Assembly (NCBI RefSeq): GCF_001194135.2 | Contig: NC_068986.1 | Location: 38,261,178-38,325,177 of the forward strand | Source: Octopus bimaculoides | Taxonomy: Eukaryota | Direction: 5' to 3' | Length of the DNA: 64,000 nt | In this document: piece by piece, positions 39,712 through 53,117 of the stretch | Numbering within the stretch: position 1 is the first letter of the stretch | How the letters are laid out: every line of letters begins with the position of its first letter | Program-made: the position numbers and the translations under genes | Notes under the pieces: generated by a model | What the model was told of the DNA's origin: nothing | Seen by the model: the letters and a program-made list of their open reading frames with translations, nothing else | Database searches by the model: none

Positions 39712-41269
39712 GTATGTATATGCTTCATTTTGCTTTTGTTGTATTTTTTAATTACTTGATATTGTTTTGATTAAATTTGGATACTTGCTGTGCTTGAGAA
39801 GACACAGCAAACCAAGTGAATTGGGTTTAGGAAGGGCATCCAGCCATAGAAACCAAGCCAAATCAGACTGGAACCTGGTACAGCTCTCCAGTTTATGAGT
39901 CCTTGTCAAACTGTCTAACCCATGCCAGCATGAAAAACAGATGCTAAATGATGATGATGATGATGAAAAGGCCTTCTTTGAAATATTGTAGCAAATTAGC
40001 ATCGTTGTTAGAGCCATCAAATACCAGGTGGTTATTAGAGCCATCAGCACAGGTAACTTCACCATCATCAATTCATCACTGGGAAATACCAGTATTATTA
40101 ATTCTGACTTGCTGTGCTTAGTTCAAATCCTCCTGAGGTCAAATTTGCCCCTTTGGGGTTGATAAAGTACCAATGGTGGGGTGATCAACTTTTCTCTCTC
40201 TTTCCCTCTCATAAAAAAAATACCTTAAGGAAGGCAATTAAAAATCACTTTTCTATTTTTCAATGAAAATTCCATAAGAAGCAGTATAGTGGTTGTCATG
40301 TAAGATACCAGAGGCTGATTATTGACTTGTTGGAAGAAAGAAAGAAGAATTTTAAAAATAGAATAAATTGATGAATATAGCTCACTCGGTTGTTTCAAAT
40401 TGTACTCAGGTTCAGATACCTCGGTTAAAAACTGGCAGTCAGCCATTTGCAATGAATACAAATGTGTACTCTTTGTGTTTGGTTATACTGAAGTTGTATG
40501 TTTTAGCTGAATAAAAATAATTGATTCTCAGCTACTGTTTCTCGTTACAACAATATATTTTTATAAAACTAAGAAATAAAACAATAGAGATGATGGAGCA
40601 TAAAAGCGAAAAAATGTCGGAAGTCAACAGTGGTCTGACTAAACCCTGAAAAACGTGAACTTAACTAATGGAACAGATACATTTTTTTTATTGATATCAT
40701 AAAAACGCATCCATTCCCCTGCAAAAAACTAATGAGCCCCAACCTGTCGTGTTGAAGTCCTTGCTGCAACTGATTTGTTTTGCACCAAAATCATGGCTGC
40801 CATGATTTCAACACAAAACGAATTAGTTGCAGTGCAGACTTCAACACACAGGTTGGGGGTCCCTTTCATGGTAACGCATGCTGAGGAAGCTGAGGCTATT
40901 TTGCCGGTGCAGAAACCGGTCCAAGTGAGTTCAAATACTTGAATGTACATTGGGTGATTGTCTTAACTCGTGTGCCTTCGGACAGTTGATTTCTGTAGTT
41001 ATTATCTGTAGTTATTTTTATGGCAGTGGCCTAAGAATGTTTGTAATTCATTGGTGACTATGTTCATACAGTATATTTTAATGACACCTATTTTCTGGGA
41101 TGTATACTGATGTATGCTACTTCTAAATATTACACCTGTTCCTTCTTATCTTCACAAAACCTGTTACTGAAAATTGCTATAAAACTATTGTTTATCTTTT
41201 ATCTTTTACTTGTTTCAGTCATTTGACTGTAGCCATGCTGAAGAACCACCTCAAAGAGTTTTAGTCAAA

Positions 41270-41672
41270 CAATGCCAGAGCACCAGCTGTCTGGCTTCCG
41301 TGCCGGTGACATGTAAATAGCACTATTTGAGTGTGATCGTCGCCTTCCTGGCACTTGTGCCAGTGGCACGTGAAAAGACAGTCGAGCGAGATCGTTGCCA
41401 GTACCGCTGGACTAGCTCCTGTGCAGGTGGCACGTAAAATAACACCATTTCGAGCGTGGCTGTTGCCAGTACCGCCTGACTGGCCTTCGTGCTGGTGGCA
41501 CGTAAAAGCACCCACTACACTCTCAGAGTGGTTGGCGTTAGGAAGGGCATCCAGCTGTAGAAACTCTGCCAAATCAGATTGGAGCCTGGTGTAGCCACCT
41601 GGTCCACCAGTCCTCAGTCAAATCGTCCAACCCATGCTAGCTTGGAAAGCGGACGTTAAACGATGATGATGA
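41270..41672 (+). mobile_element. Young RTE 3'-end/SINE-like insertion into the tail of a family-A SINE
   Basis: Directly follows a minus-strand family-A 3' end (41195-41270). Ends cggacgttaaacgatgatgatgat. Confidence 0.85.
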
Positions 41673-41892
41673 TTATCAGTGTATTTTGGCAATTTGAATA
41701 AGAGTTTTGACTGTTATTTCCAGCATGTAGACATACTTAGTATGTCCTTTGATTAATTTTAATCCTTCAGCTATTTAATGTCTTTTTGGGGCCTGCAATT
41801 ACCTATATTATTGATTCTGTTATTATCATTTTTGAATTGTTACACTAGATAATAACAGNNNNNNNNNNNNNNNNNNNNNNNNNNNNNNNNNN

Positions 41893-41932
<40 letters not shown>

Positions 41933-42461
41933 TCTCTCACACACACACACACAGTTTGCTTCTTTCAGTTTCCGTATACCAAATCCATTTACAAGGACCC
42001 TAATAAAAGGCATTTGCCCAAGGTGTCTTGTAGTGGGAAGCAAGAATGTTAACAGTACAGCCACACCTGCACTAAAACAAATATATATTTTGTACATTTA
42101 TAAACCTTTAAAATTTCTAATTGAACTATCTTTACTTTGTTCTTCTTTCAAGTTACATTTAAAATTGTTTTAATGTTTCTAGAAATATTTCTCTTTGCAT
42201 GTCCATAACTTTTCAAATGTCATATTTGCATCCATTTCCTGAAGGTGAAGATTGCAATTTTTGTTTTTGACCATACTTACAGCATAATTGCATGTATTGA
42301 TCTTGCTTAAATGGAAGAGGAGTCTCATCCTCTCTATATGGCTCTGTTCAGACAGAAAGCTACACTAGTGGAATGTTGTTGCCAAGATAATTTTTTTCTG
42401 TATAACTTTATAAGATTGGAAACTTTAAGAAAATGAATGCCTCAGAACAAGACAAAAAGAA

Positions 42462-42832
42462 GCAGTGAAACAGAGTTTGCTTCCCAACCACATGGTTTCG
42501 GGTTTAGTCCCACTGGGTGGCACCCTTGAACAAGTGTCTTCTATGATAGCCTTGGGCCAACCAAAGCCTTGTAAATGGATTTGGTACTAAAAGAAGGCCA
42601 TCATATGTGTTTGGGTGTGTCTTTGTACTTGTCCCCACTTCCATCACTTGATGATCGATGTTGGTTTGTTTTCATCTCTGTAACTTAGCAATTTGGTAAA
42701 GAGAGACTGATAGAATAAGTACCAGGCTTAAAAAAATAAGTACTGGGATCAATTTATTTGACTAAACCCTTCAAGGCAGTGTCTGTTCATGGCTGCAGTC
42801 CAATGATTGACATAAGTGAAAGGTAAAACATA
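42462..42832 (+). mobile_element. SINE family A
   Basis: Colinear with the copy at 52322. Confidence 0.8.
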
Positions 42833-43172
42833 AAAGGAATTAGACTTACTTTCCTAAGTATCAGAAAAATATTTGATATCATTACTGTATTACTTCCTTT
42901 TCATCATGTTTGAAGTGAAATTTTATTTCAAATCAGTCCCGTAAAATAATTATGAAATGAACTGTCATATTTCAACAACTGTCTCATATTCCACTCCTGA
43001 CTCAAGCTTTACCAGATCATGTATTTACCCACTGATATTTTGACAAAAACCCAAGTATATGTTTAGAATTTCTGATATTTCCATGTCTTTCATGTCAGCT
43101 AAGTTTTTCTCAACTACAACTTTGAATCTTTATGATCTCCAACACTGTTGATTGGTCACTTATATCATGTCT

Positions 43173-43367
43173 GGTAAGTTCGCCACCATCAATTCACAAT
43201 TTTTTTTTTCATTTAAATAGTTTTAAACTATTAATGGTGAGATACTATGGATATATTTTCCCAGTGAATTTTCCTTGTGAACTTTCCCTATGGTGAATTT
43301 TCTTCACAGTGAATTGATGGCAGTGAACTTTTCCTGCGGTGAATTGATGGTGGTGAGTGAACTTACC
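43173..43367. mobile_element. Short copy of the 30-bp-unit foldback element
   Basis: Termini ggtaagttc...gaacttacc. The core is the reverse complement of about 38890-39010. Confidence 0.7.
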
Positions 43368-44526
43368 TGTGATCGCCTATATATCAAGCTGTTCCTCAAA
43401 AACAATGAAGACACAAAAAATTGTCAAATTTAGTCCAAATACCCTGTAGTTACCATGGGCTGAGATGGACATGTCTTTTTGGTAGTAGCAGTATTCTATC
43501 AATAAAATAAGTACCAGTGAGCACTGAGGCTGGGGTAATTGACTTACCCCCTCCCCTAAAACTACTGGCCTTATGCCAAAAATTGAAACAGTTATATTCT
43601 GTCAACGGTGTGTTATTCTGACACTTTTCACTTGATTGCTGTGTACTTTCAAAAAAATCCTCAGGTTAATATCACTAGTGGCATAGCTAGACTGTGTGCT
43701 GCACAAAGCAACCCTTGAGGTTGCACCCCACAAAAAAATGTAACATATTGCACAGTGACTTTTTTATATTCTATGTGTATATATATATATTGATTATTAA
43801 CTAGTTTGTGTACCAACTATCCTATTGAATGTCAACAGAATGTGGCATTCCTGAAAGCAGCTGATCACCAAGGAAGGGAAATACTTAAATGAAATATGAC
43901 CAGTTGTCAGAACTTTTTGCAGTTTGGGAATGGATTTATTGCTTTTCAGGAACTTGAAAACTGTTTATAACAGTGGGGTACAATGTCAAGGAGTTATATT
44001 CTGTTGTCTGGGGATAAAATTAGTGCATCAAACTTTATTGGTACAGATGGCTTCTACGATAAGCCCAGCTTACAACATTCCTATTGTGGGAAGTTTTGAC
44101 ATATTCACTGTGTCATGTGATCCAGTCATATTGTCACATGGGTTACACTGTAAAAAGCACTCTGTCAACTCTGCAGGATGGTTGGTGTTAGGAAGGGCAT
44201 CCAGCCATAAAAACCTTGCCAAAACAGACAGTAGCCTGGTGTAGTCTTCTATTTGGCTGGCTCCTATCAAACTGTCCAATCTATGCAGCATGGAAGGCAG
44301 ACATTAAAATAATGTTGATTTTTATATATATATATATATATATATNNNNNNNNNNNNNNNNNNNNNNNNNNNNNNNNNNNNNNNNNNNNNNNNNNNNNNN
44401 NNNNNNNNNNNNNNNNNNNNNNNNNNNNNNNNNNNNNNNNNNNNNNNNNNNNNNNNNNCAATAACAAAAAAACAACAAAGTGAGGACGTGATACGGATAG
44501 TGTTATTGGACGCTCAGGAAAGGAAA

Positions 44527-44568
<42 letters not shown>

Positions 44569-47254
44569 AATAAATAATGATAGAGGCAGTATTAATACCC
44601 AAAGGTAAAATAACCACCACCTAGAAGTGGCTGTTGTGTTTGAACACACACATATACTACAATATTTACCTAGAGGGAAAACTCTCATATGGTTATATGG
44701 TGCATAAAAGCACATCTTAGCTATTGTCAGTGGCAGACAATCACCACTACTTCTGCCCCTGAGACTACCAGATCATGCAATTTCAGCCTGATTTCCCTTT
44801 TTCAATGATAGACATTAAGTGGTTGGAAATAGCAGTAACTGCCTCGCTAGTGATATACATAGAAATACAGAGCCAAAACAGGCGCTGGTGTTACTAAAGT
44901 CCAGTGGGCTCAAAAAATAAATTGAATTGATAGAGGCAGTATTATTTATATATTATTACTAAGGCTGAGAATTCAGTGAATCTGAACTGGGAAGTTGAAC
45001 AAGGCAACTGAAAGAGAGCACATTGAACTTAGTAATAGTTGGAATTGAAAGGAATTCATTTTTGTTTCTCATTTTAACACTATACAGCAGGATGGGTAAC
45101 TTTTCTTGAGAAGTAGGTTGCATGAAACATGACTCATTGTCAGGTGGTCTACACTACTAAAAAAAATTTGAGGCAATTTTTCATTTGGTGTGGCATTCAG
45201 GAACTTGTGCAGGCTGTAGTCTGCTTGTGATCGCTATACAGTGACCCAAAGTCAGGGTTAAGAAGCAACTGGAAAGGCTAAACCTTTAAAGGGCACTTGA
45301 ATGTTACAAATTGCTACTTCTGTTCTTTATGCATTATAAGTTGAAGACTAGTAGACAGCCATTTGAAATAAATACAGACATACCCTGTTTGTTCTTGGTC
45401 ATACTGAAGTTGAATGCTTTAACGATTTAAAGTGATTGATTCGTGTTTACTGTTTTTCATCACAACTCCACACACCACCAAAAAAACATTGGTTATTTCA
45501 ATTCTCAAAATAGTTGCAATGATAACAGTGACAGCAGCAGTAAAATAACACAGATGTCAATCATATGGCATTAAGTAATTTTTCTTATTTTGCTAATTGT
45601 TAGAATATTGATTGTTAGTCTCTTGTTGACATTTTATTACAAACTATTTTTTTTTTTTTTTTTTTTTTTTTTCTGAATAGTCTTTGTAGGACATATGGAT
45701 AAATCTTACATATCAATATAGTTTTCTTTTATATCCTATAAATGTAAGTTTTAATTGCATATAGAGAAGTTTCAGTGCATTTAATGGCATTTATAGTGGT
45801 CAATGAATTATTTTGATAAACACTGGACCTACTTAAGCAACTCACTCAGTCATTTAAGTCAATTTTATTGCACTTGTTATCGCTTTTTGTTACATTCTGT
45901 TTACAACATTCGAGTTATGTTCTTACACAATGTTTACTGCTGATCCCAAAATATATGGTGTATACAGATGTATTAAAGAGATGTTTATAGTAAATCAAAC
46001 TTTGCAGCAAAATTTGTAGACACAACATAATTTTAAAAACAGTTGTGGTTAAAATAGAACACTCATGTTATTCAGTGACAGCTCGCTACAGGAGAGGGAC
46101 TATGTTAAAAATAGCCATACTGTGTTTTTACAGAATATCTGTATGTGAAAGTGGATGTTTTAAAACATGAACAGCAATAAGATGGAAATTATTTTATAAT
46201 CAATACTTTTTCTTTTCTTTTTTTTTATATACAGGTCAACGGGTTAAGTGCTACACATTATTTAATTTCCTTCCTTCATTTACCGAGTTCTAATTTTGCC
46301 AGGACTGACTTGGCTTTCCATATCTCCAAGGTTAATGAATTAAGTATCAGTGATGCACTGAGATCAATTTATTTGGCCTATTTTATCTTGACTAACTTGT
46401 GTTTTTGTGCTAAAGTTAGAAATCAACACTACTACTGCTACTACTACCACCGCCACCACTACCACTTGCACAGGGGCCTCACAGATCAAAGGATCCTATT
46501 CTGATCTTTGTAAACTGTGACTTACTGTCTGCTACCATCCCAGGCTCTGCTGCTGGTCAGGCTGAGAAAAGCAAACTGTCAGCTGCTCATGGTCAAGCCT
46601 GTGGCAGTGGAGACCTGGCATTCTTGCCCCCAATCTATCCCAGACCATATCCCTTCTCACAGCCATCTTGGGGCAGAAATGGCTGTCTGCAAGTGCAAGC
46701 ACTGCGAGTCAGAGTGGTTGTTTCAGCACACTTTCCTCTCCAACCTCTGGGACAGTACCCTTTCCATTCTGTTTACTGGGACCACAAGGTGGTCTGACTG
46801 AAGGAAATTGTACATTTCACTCCTTCATATAATTAAAATTAAATTCAAAATTGAAATTTCAAAAAATTTAGCATTAAGTAAATACTATAGGGCCCAGTGC
46901 ATTGATTTTCCTAGGGGCCTACAATGCTGTTAAGACAGCCCTGCTTAGAATATTTAGTTTTGACTCTCTGTGTGCTGAGTTCATATACTGGTGGAATGAG
47001 CTTCATCTTTCATCCATCTTGAATCAGTAACAAGCAGGATAGCAGTACCATGCACTTTATTTATTTCACCACATACTCTCTAATATAAGTTTATTGGGAT
47101 TTGTGGGCTTTGTTTCACCCATTTACTCTTTGTAGTTCATATTCTTCCTGTGCCAATTATACTTTAACTAATCTTCTGGGATTGAGAAAAATAAATTTCA
47201 TTAACATACTGGGACCTAGAATCTGCTTTGAGCTGAATTAAAAGAATTTGCTAC

Positions 47255-47319
47255 TACCATAACTACTACCATTGCCACCGCTGCTGCTGCTGTTACTACT
47301 ACCACTACTGCTGCTGCTG

Positions 47320-47400
<81 letters not shown>
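47255..47400. repeat. Compound trinucleotide microsatellite (act/gct/aat)n
   Basis: Seen directly. It produces the poly-L/V and poly-I/S ORFs. Confidence 0.95.
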
Positions 47401-47965
47401 GATTCATTTATTTGCCACAAGGGCAAAGGATGAGGACAATACAGAGACAGACATAAAGTGTGGGGGTTTAAATATAATAATGAAATATTAAAAAAATTAA
47501 ATAAAGAACACAGGGTATACACTGGAAAGGAAGGGAGATATGCATAGTATACAAAGATAAAAAATTTTAAAAAAGGGGAGTGGATGGGGAAGATGATATA
47601 GATGTGGCTCTCCTGATACAGGGATGCCTCTAGAGATCATTGAGAAACCACACTGTCAGAGATTTCCCTGAAACTCTAGGTGCAAATGCCCTCCCCAATT
47701 CCTTCTCTCCAACTCACAGGTCTACACTTAGAGAGGTACCATACACTCTTGCCATTTTCTCAACTTTCACCCACCTTCCAATAAACTCAATCAAGGACAG
47801 CACTTTCCTCTCCACTCTCAATTTCCTTTTAAAGTGAAACTTGAAAAAGTCAATGAGAGCTCTACCAAAGAGGAATGTATCTGCGCTCGTGCCTTTCAGC
47901 TTTGTCCACCAAAGAACTTCTTTTGCCACAGCCACCAGGCAAGGGAAAACTGCTTTGCCTACCCG
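47401..47965 (-). mobile_element. L1/Tx1-like LINE 3' fragment
   Basis: ORF 47714-47935 (AKEVLWWTKLKG..FFKFHFKRKLRVERKVLS..FIGRW) resembles Tx1-type ORF2 C-termini from memory. It is followed on the minus strand by AATAAA (plus 47407-47412) and a (tat)n tail. Confidence 0.5.
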
Positions 47966-48719
47966 ATAATAATAACAATGTACTGGTTGAGATGGTTGAT
48001 GGTTTGGGTTTTCTGATTTGATAATTAATTGTTCTGGGTTGAAATTCTGCCAGAATTAATAAGTAACTAAAGTCAATTCAATCAATAATATGTGTGTATA
48101 CACATGTGTGTGCGCACACACACACACACACACACACACCTTTTATCTTTTACTTGTTTCAGTCTTTGGACTGTGACTATGTTGGGACACCACCTTGAAG
48201 AGTATAGTTGAACAAATTGTCCCCAGTACTAATTTTTTTTTTTTTAAAGTCTGGTATTTAGTCTATCAGTCTCTTCTGCCAAACAGTTATGGGGATGTAA
48301 ACAAATCAACATTGGTTGTCAAGTGGTGATTGGGACAAACAACCACAAGGACACACACACACACACAAGGCATTGGTCAGCCTGGGGCTATAGAAGAGGG
48401 TACTTGCTCATGGTGCTGCACAGTGGGACTGAACCCATAACAACATAGTTACAAAGCAAGCTTCTTAACCACCAAACAGGAGAAATAAAACCTAGCAACT
48501 CATGGACAGTGACCAAGAGAACTCATTATTATATTGCTTGCTTTCAGGTATCTGGGTTCATTATCTTCCATGTCTCTGCTGAACCCATGTTGGGAAGGGG
48601 CAGGGAGGTGACATCCAAGAGAAGTTGTGGGATGGGTATAAGTATCAGTAATATAGGTTGTCAATTGTTTCTATCTTCTACCTAAAGCTTTAAGAAAATA
48701 CTACTGTTATTGTTTAAGA

Positions 48720-49190
48720 ATCATCATCATCATTTAATGTCCATTGTCCATGCTGGCATGGGTTGGGTGGTTTGACCAGGCCTGGTAGGCTGAGGGGTTG
48801 CACCAGACTCCAGTCTGATTTGGCATGGTTTCTACAGCTGGATGCCCTTCCTAATGCTAACCACTCCGAGAGTGTAATGGGTGCTTTTATGTGCCACCGG
48901 CACACCAATATCTGCCATGACTACGATTTCACTTGACTTGATGAGTCTTTTCAAGCACAGCATATTGCCAAAGGTCTCGGTCGCTTGTTATTGCCTCCGT
49001 GAAGCCCAATTCTTGAAAGGTGCTTCTTACATGCCACTAGCATGGGTGCTAGTTATGTGACACCAGCATCGGCCACATTGCCTCTATGAGGCTCAACACT
49101 TGAAAGGTGCCTCTGTCATGGATACCAGTTATGTGACACTGGCATCAGCCACGGTTACAATTTCATTTGGCTTGGCAGGTCTGCTATTTA
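48720..49190 (-). mobile_element. RTE LINE 3' end with internal duplication
   Basis: catcatcatcatttaatgtcc...gccaaaggtctcggtc. The cttgaaaggtgc..gttatgtgacac block occurs twice. Confidence 0.8.
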
Positions 49191-49648
49191 AATCCTTTAC
49201 TGTGGAAATTAGAAATATCCACTCAAAATTTCCTCACCCTTAACTGCAGAAAACAGTTTTATATAGCAACCTCTCTTTTGTTGTGGTATGCCATTTTTGG
49301 GACTATTTCTTGTTGAGACTTGTCAAGTTTATTGTGAGAACATGACTTGCAGGAAATACCAAGTCTGTTTTTTGGTTGATATTTAATACCATTACTCAGA
49401 TGACTGAAATTTAATTCCACAGTTAAAGGATTAAGAAACTTCTGCTGTTAAATTATTACTCTCTTTATTTGTAGCAAATAAATAAGTTTATCTACTGTAA
49501 AGAGTAGAATTGAAACATTTTTCACTTCTGCTGGTAGCTGATCTTATCAAACTCTTCTATAAGTGTTGATTGATTGTCAACACCAGACCATCAAGTTTCC
49601 TTTGGTTCTTGATTCTACTCTTTTTTTCTTTTCTTTATCTTATTAAAG

Positions 49649-49710
49649 GTGGAGCTGATGAAGATCACGATGGGGCCAATGAATCCCTTTCTTCAAATGA
49701 AAGAGCAAAA
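49649..49710 (+). CDS. OSBPL8: ORP5/8-like exon (G-GADEDHDGANESLSSNERAK)
   Basis: Long pyrimidine tract, then aaag|GT...AAA|gtaatg. 62 nt, phase 1 to 0. Joins SESKLY in the next exon, paralleling human ORP8 SKSK-SESKLY. Confidence 0.8.
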
Positions 49711-50502
49711 GTAATGGAATTTTATCATTAGTGAAAATGACACAGAAAATTGTATGTTAACTATGTTAAATATTGTTGTTCTGATCTTGTCAATTGTTGA
49801 ATATTGTCCACTTATTTATGTATTTAGTTTTATTTTACTTTTGTTTTTTGTTATGTCTCTTGTTAGTGATTATTGTATACTGTTTATAAATTAAATATTG
49901 TTCAGTGTTATGAAGGGTCACTGCAACATTGATAACATTGTTGAATGTACCTTAAAAATGACGGTGAGGGGAAATGTAGAGACAATATAAAGGAGTAAGA
50001 GTTGAACTCCTTGCACAAATGTCATGAGTTCAAGCCTTAACACAGGCATCAGGGTAAACAACCAGTCTCAATTGTCTGTGTCAAGTTTACTGGAAATAAT
50101 TACACTTTTACATCAAGGTTACATTTGTAGAAACTGTTGTAATAATTTATTAAGATATTTGAATTTGCATTACTATTCAATTCATGCTTAAACAAGCATA
50201 TTAAATTAAAAGCATTTTGGTGTTTGCAGTAATAATAATAATAATAATTACCTGTCTCTTTGTTTCTTGGTTTCACTGCCTGCAAAATAGTATATAAGCT
50301 TGAATTCATTGAATTCATTTCCACACTAATTTCATTGTAAGTTATGCAAGTATGGTTGGTTAATTGGTCAAGTTGATTATATACTGTTCCTAAATATTTT
50401 ATCCTTGAATTAGTTATATATGCCTACTCTGATTCAGACAATTAATTTCTCTTGTTTCAGATAATTTTACTAAATGTTTTCAATCTGTTTTCCCTCTGCT
50501 AG

Positions 50503-50580
50503 TCTGAAAGCAAGTTGTACAGTCCAATGGCAGAGAAAAGTAACATGGGCTCTAAGCAATCCAAGAGGGAATCACTCAAG
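50503..50580 (+). CDS. OSBPL8: ORP5/8-like exon (SESKLYSPMAEKSNMGSKQSKRESLK)
   Basis: ctgctag|TCT...AAG|gtaatg, 78 nt, phase 0/0. Matches my recollection of human ORP8 SESKLYNGSEKDSSTSSKLTKKESLK. Confidence 0.92.
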
Positions 50581-50734
50581 GTAATGAACAATTTTAGTCT
50601 TTTAGCAATGTCAATAAACAACAATTTATTTCAGATGGCTGTATAGAAATGACTCGTCAGTTTTGACCAATGCACTCAATTTATTTTTTAAAGCACTAAT
50701 ATTCTTTATTGTATAGAAAGCATCGCTATGTTGT

Positions 50735-50957
50735 TTAACTCTTTTGCATTTAAACCAATCATATCCAGCCAAAATATTCTACCTGTTTTATGATCAAACC
50801 AACCAGATCCAGCCTCTTACACCTACCCTACAATGTCATTCTAAAAAAAAAAAACTAATCACATCAACAGGATCTCAAAGCTATGAAATAATATGTGCTT
50901 AATTCAAAATAATTAGCATTATATTTAACAGAGTAATCCTGAATGCTAAAGGGTTAA
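50735..50957 (+). mobile_element. piggyBac-like MITE P1
   Basis: ttaactcttttgcatt...aatgctaaagggttaa. Confidence 0.8.
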
Positions 50958-51049
50958 GAACTCTGCAAAAATCAGTAGTGCATCACAAAAAATACTCTGT
51001 AATATTTAATTGTAGCACACAAAATATTCTGTGATATTTAATTGTATCA

Positions 51050-51660
51050 CTTAGTGTTTCTGAGTTCAAATCCTGCTGAGATTGTTTCTGTCTTTCATTC
51101 TATCAGAATCAATAAAATAAGCAGCAGTCAAGTACTGTAGTCAGTTAATGGTTAAATCTTTAATAGTCTTCTACCAATATTTGTGGCCTTATGCGTTTGT
51201 TATAAATTATTATTATTATTATTATTGTTGTTAAAGCAATAAACTGGCAGAATCGTTAGAAAGCCGGTCACAATGCTGAACAGCATTTTGTCCGACTTTA
51301 TGTGCTGAGTTCAAATCCTGCTGAGGTCGACTTTGCCTTTCATCCTTTCGAGGTCAATAAAATAAGTACCAGTTGTGCACTGGGGTTGATTTTACTGACT
51401 TATCACTCTCTGAAATTACTGGCCCTGTGCCAAAATTTTAAACCATTTTTATTGTTATTGTTAAAGCGGTAAGCTGACAGAATCATTAACACACTGGGCA
51501 AAATGTTTAGCAGCATTTCGTCCGTCTTTATGTTCTAAGGTCAACTTTACCTTTCACCCTTTCAGGGTCAATAAAATAACTACCAGTTGAGTATTGGGGT
51601 TGATGTAATTAATATATCTCCTCCCCCAAATTTCAGGCATTGTGCCTATAGTAGAAAGAG
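51050..51660 (+). mobile_element. Cluster of three head-to-tail family-B SINEs
   Basis: Three repeats of ctgagttcaaatcc..aataaaataag..ggcc.tgtgcc, separated by (tta/ttg)n. Confidence 0.8.
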
Positions 51661-52321
51661 TTATTATTACTGTTGGAAGACTTGACGTTTCTTAGCCATG
51701 TTGTTATTACTATTTCTTACCCACACTAGCATGGAAAAGCAGCTGTATACTTAATGATGATACATAATAGGTGACATAAACAAGAGATTAGCCCTTTAAC
51801 CCTTTAACCTTTAAACCAGCCATATCCAGCCTAAATGTTCCAACTGTTTTATGTTCAGACCAGCTAGATCCAATGTCTCACACCTACCCTACAATGTCAC
51901 TCTAAAAATATGTACTCACATCATCGAAATCTCAAAGCTATGAGATATATAGCATGGTTAATTCAAAACAAAGTGAACAAATAAGCATTCCATTTGATGG
52001 ATGACTTAAATGGGTGCAGATTACATAAATAATGGGTTTAAACATTGTACTGTTAGATTGAAGTAAACAAGGACATCACAACACCCATGACTTTCAGAAG
52101 CATTTTTTTTTACGCTCAGAGTTGCTGAAACATGGGGTAAACTACCTGCATCAGTTGTTATCTGTCAAGACACTACATCCTTCAAAACTTACATGCTTCC
52201 TGAAATTCACCAACAGTACACCCTGTACATATTCTACGTACTGTTCATTCAGTTTTGATTTTTATGAGGAGTTGCAGTGCACCTGAGTACAGTATACAAT
52301 AAGTTCATTATAATTATTATA

Positions 52322-52720
52322 GGCACAGAAGTGGTTGTGTGGTAAGTAGCTTGCTTACGAACCACATGGTTCCGGTTTCAGTCCCACTGCATGGCACCTT
52401 GGGCAAGTGTCTTCTACTATAGCCTCGGGCCGATCAAAGCCTTGTGAGTGGATTTGGTAGACGGAAACTGAAAGAAGCCTGTCGTCTATATATATATATA
52501 TGTGTGTCTGTGTTTGTCCCCCCACCCACCCACAACATCGCTTGACAACCGATGCTGGTGTGTTTTCGTCCCCGTAACCTAGCAGTTCAGCAAAATACAC
52601 CGCTAGAATAAGTACTAGGCTTACAAAGAATAAGTCCTGGGGTCGATTTGCTCGACTAAAGGTGGTGCTCTAGCATGGCCGCAGTCAAATGACTGAAACA
52701 AGTAAAAGAGTTAAAGAGTA
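52322..52720 (+). mobile_element. SINE family A, full length, young
   Basis: Head gtggttgtgtggtaagtagcttgc..ggttccggtttcagtccc, CpGs retained, tail gtaaaagagttaaagag. Confidence 0.9.
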
Positions 52721-52924
52721 ATATATCTATATGACTGAAAAGTAGCTATTACTTATACTTCACAGAAGAGGGTTCTTGCCTTGAGAATAACTTCAAAAAT
52801 ACATATAAATGTCCAAATTTATAGAACAATTCTAAATAGTGCAAAACTGATCTAGAAATGAAAATTTTTTTACATGCTATGCCCATTTGCTTATTTATCT
52901 TACTTATGCTTCTACATTGAAGAT

Positions 52925-52960
<36 letters not shown>

Positions 52961-53117
52961 AGAATACAAAATAACAATCTGTTAATTTAAAATTCTATAC
53001 TGTTTATCTGATTCTCAACAGACAAAAAGTATATTAATTATTCAAGATATTGGTGCCTTTATCTTTCTAGCATAAAAATGCTGGGCTGTTAGGTCAGCTT
53101 TACTCATCATCTAAAGC

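Noticed and set aside
44459-44530. Penelope-associated end that could carry a hammerhead
   Set aside because: It resembles an octopus repeat I recall, but it breaks into (CA)n before any CTGANGA/GAAA core.
46297-46945. Possible old MITE ending taagacagccctg, enclosing a GC-richer stretch
   Set aside because: The left terminus is too degenerate to support, and ORF 46517-46801 is not recognisable.
47216-47522. Poly-Leu/Val and poly-Ile/Ser ORFs
   Set aside because: They are translations of a trinucleotide microsatellite.
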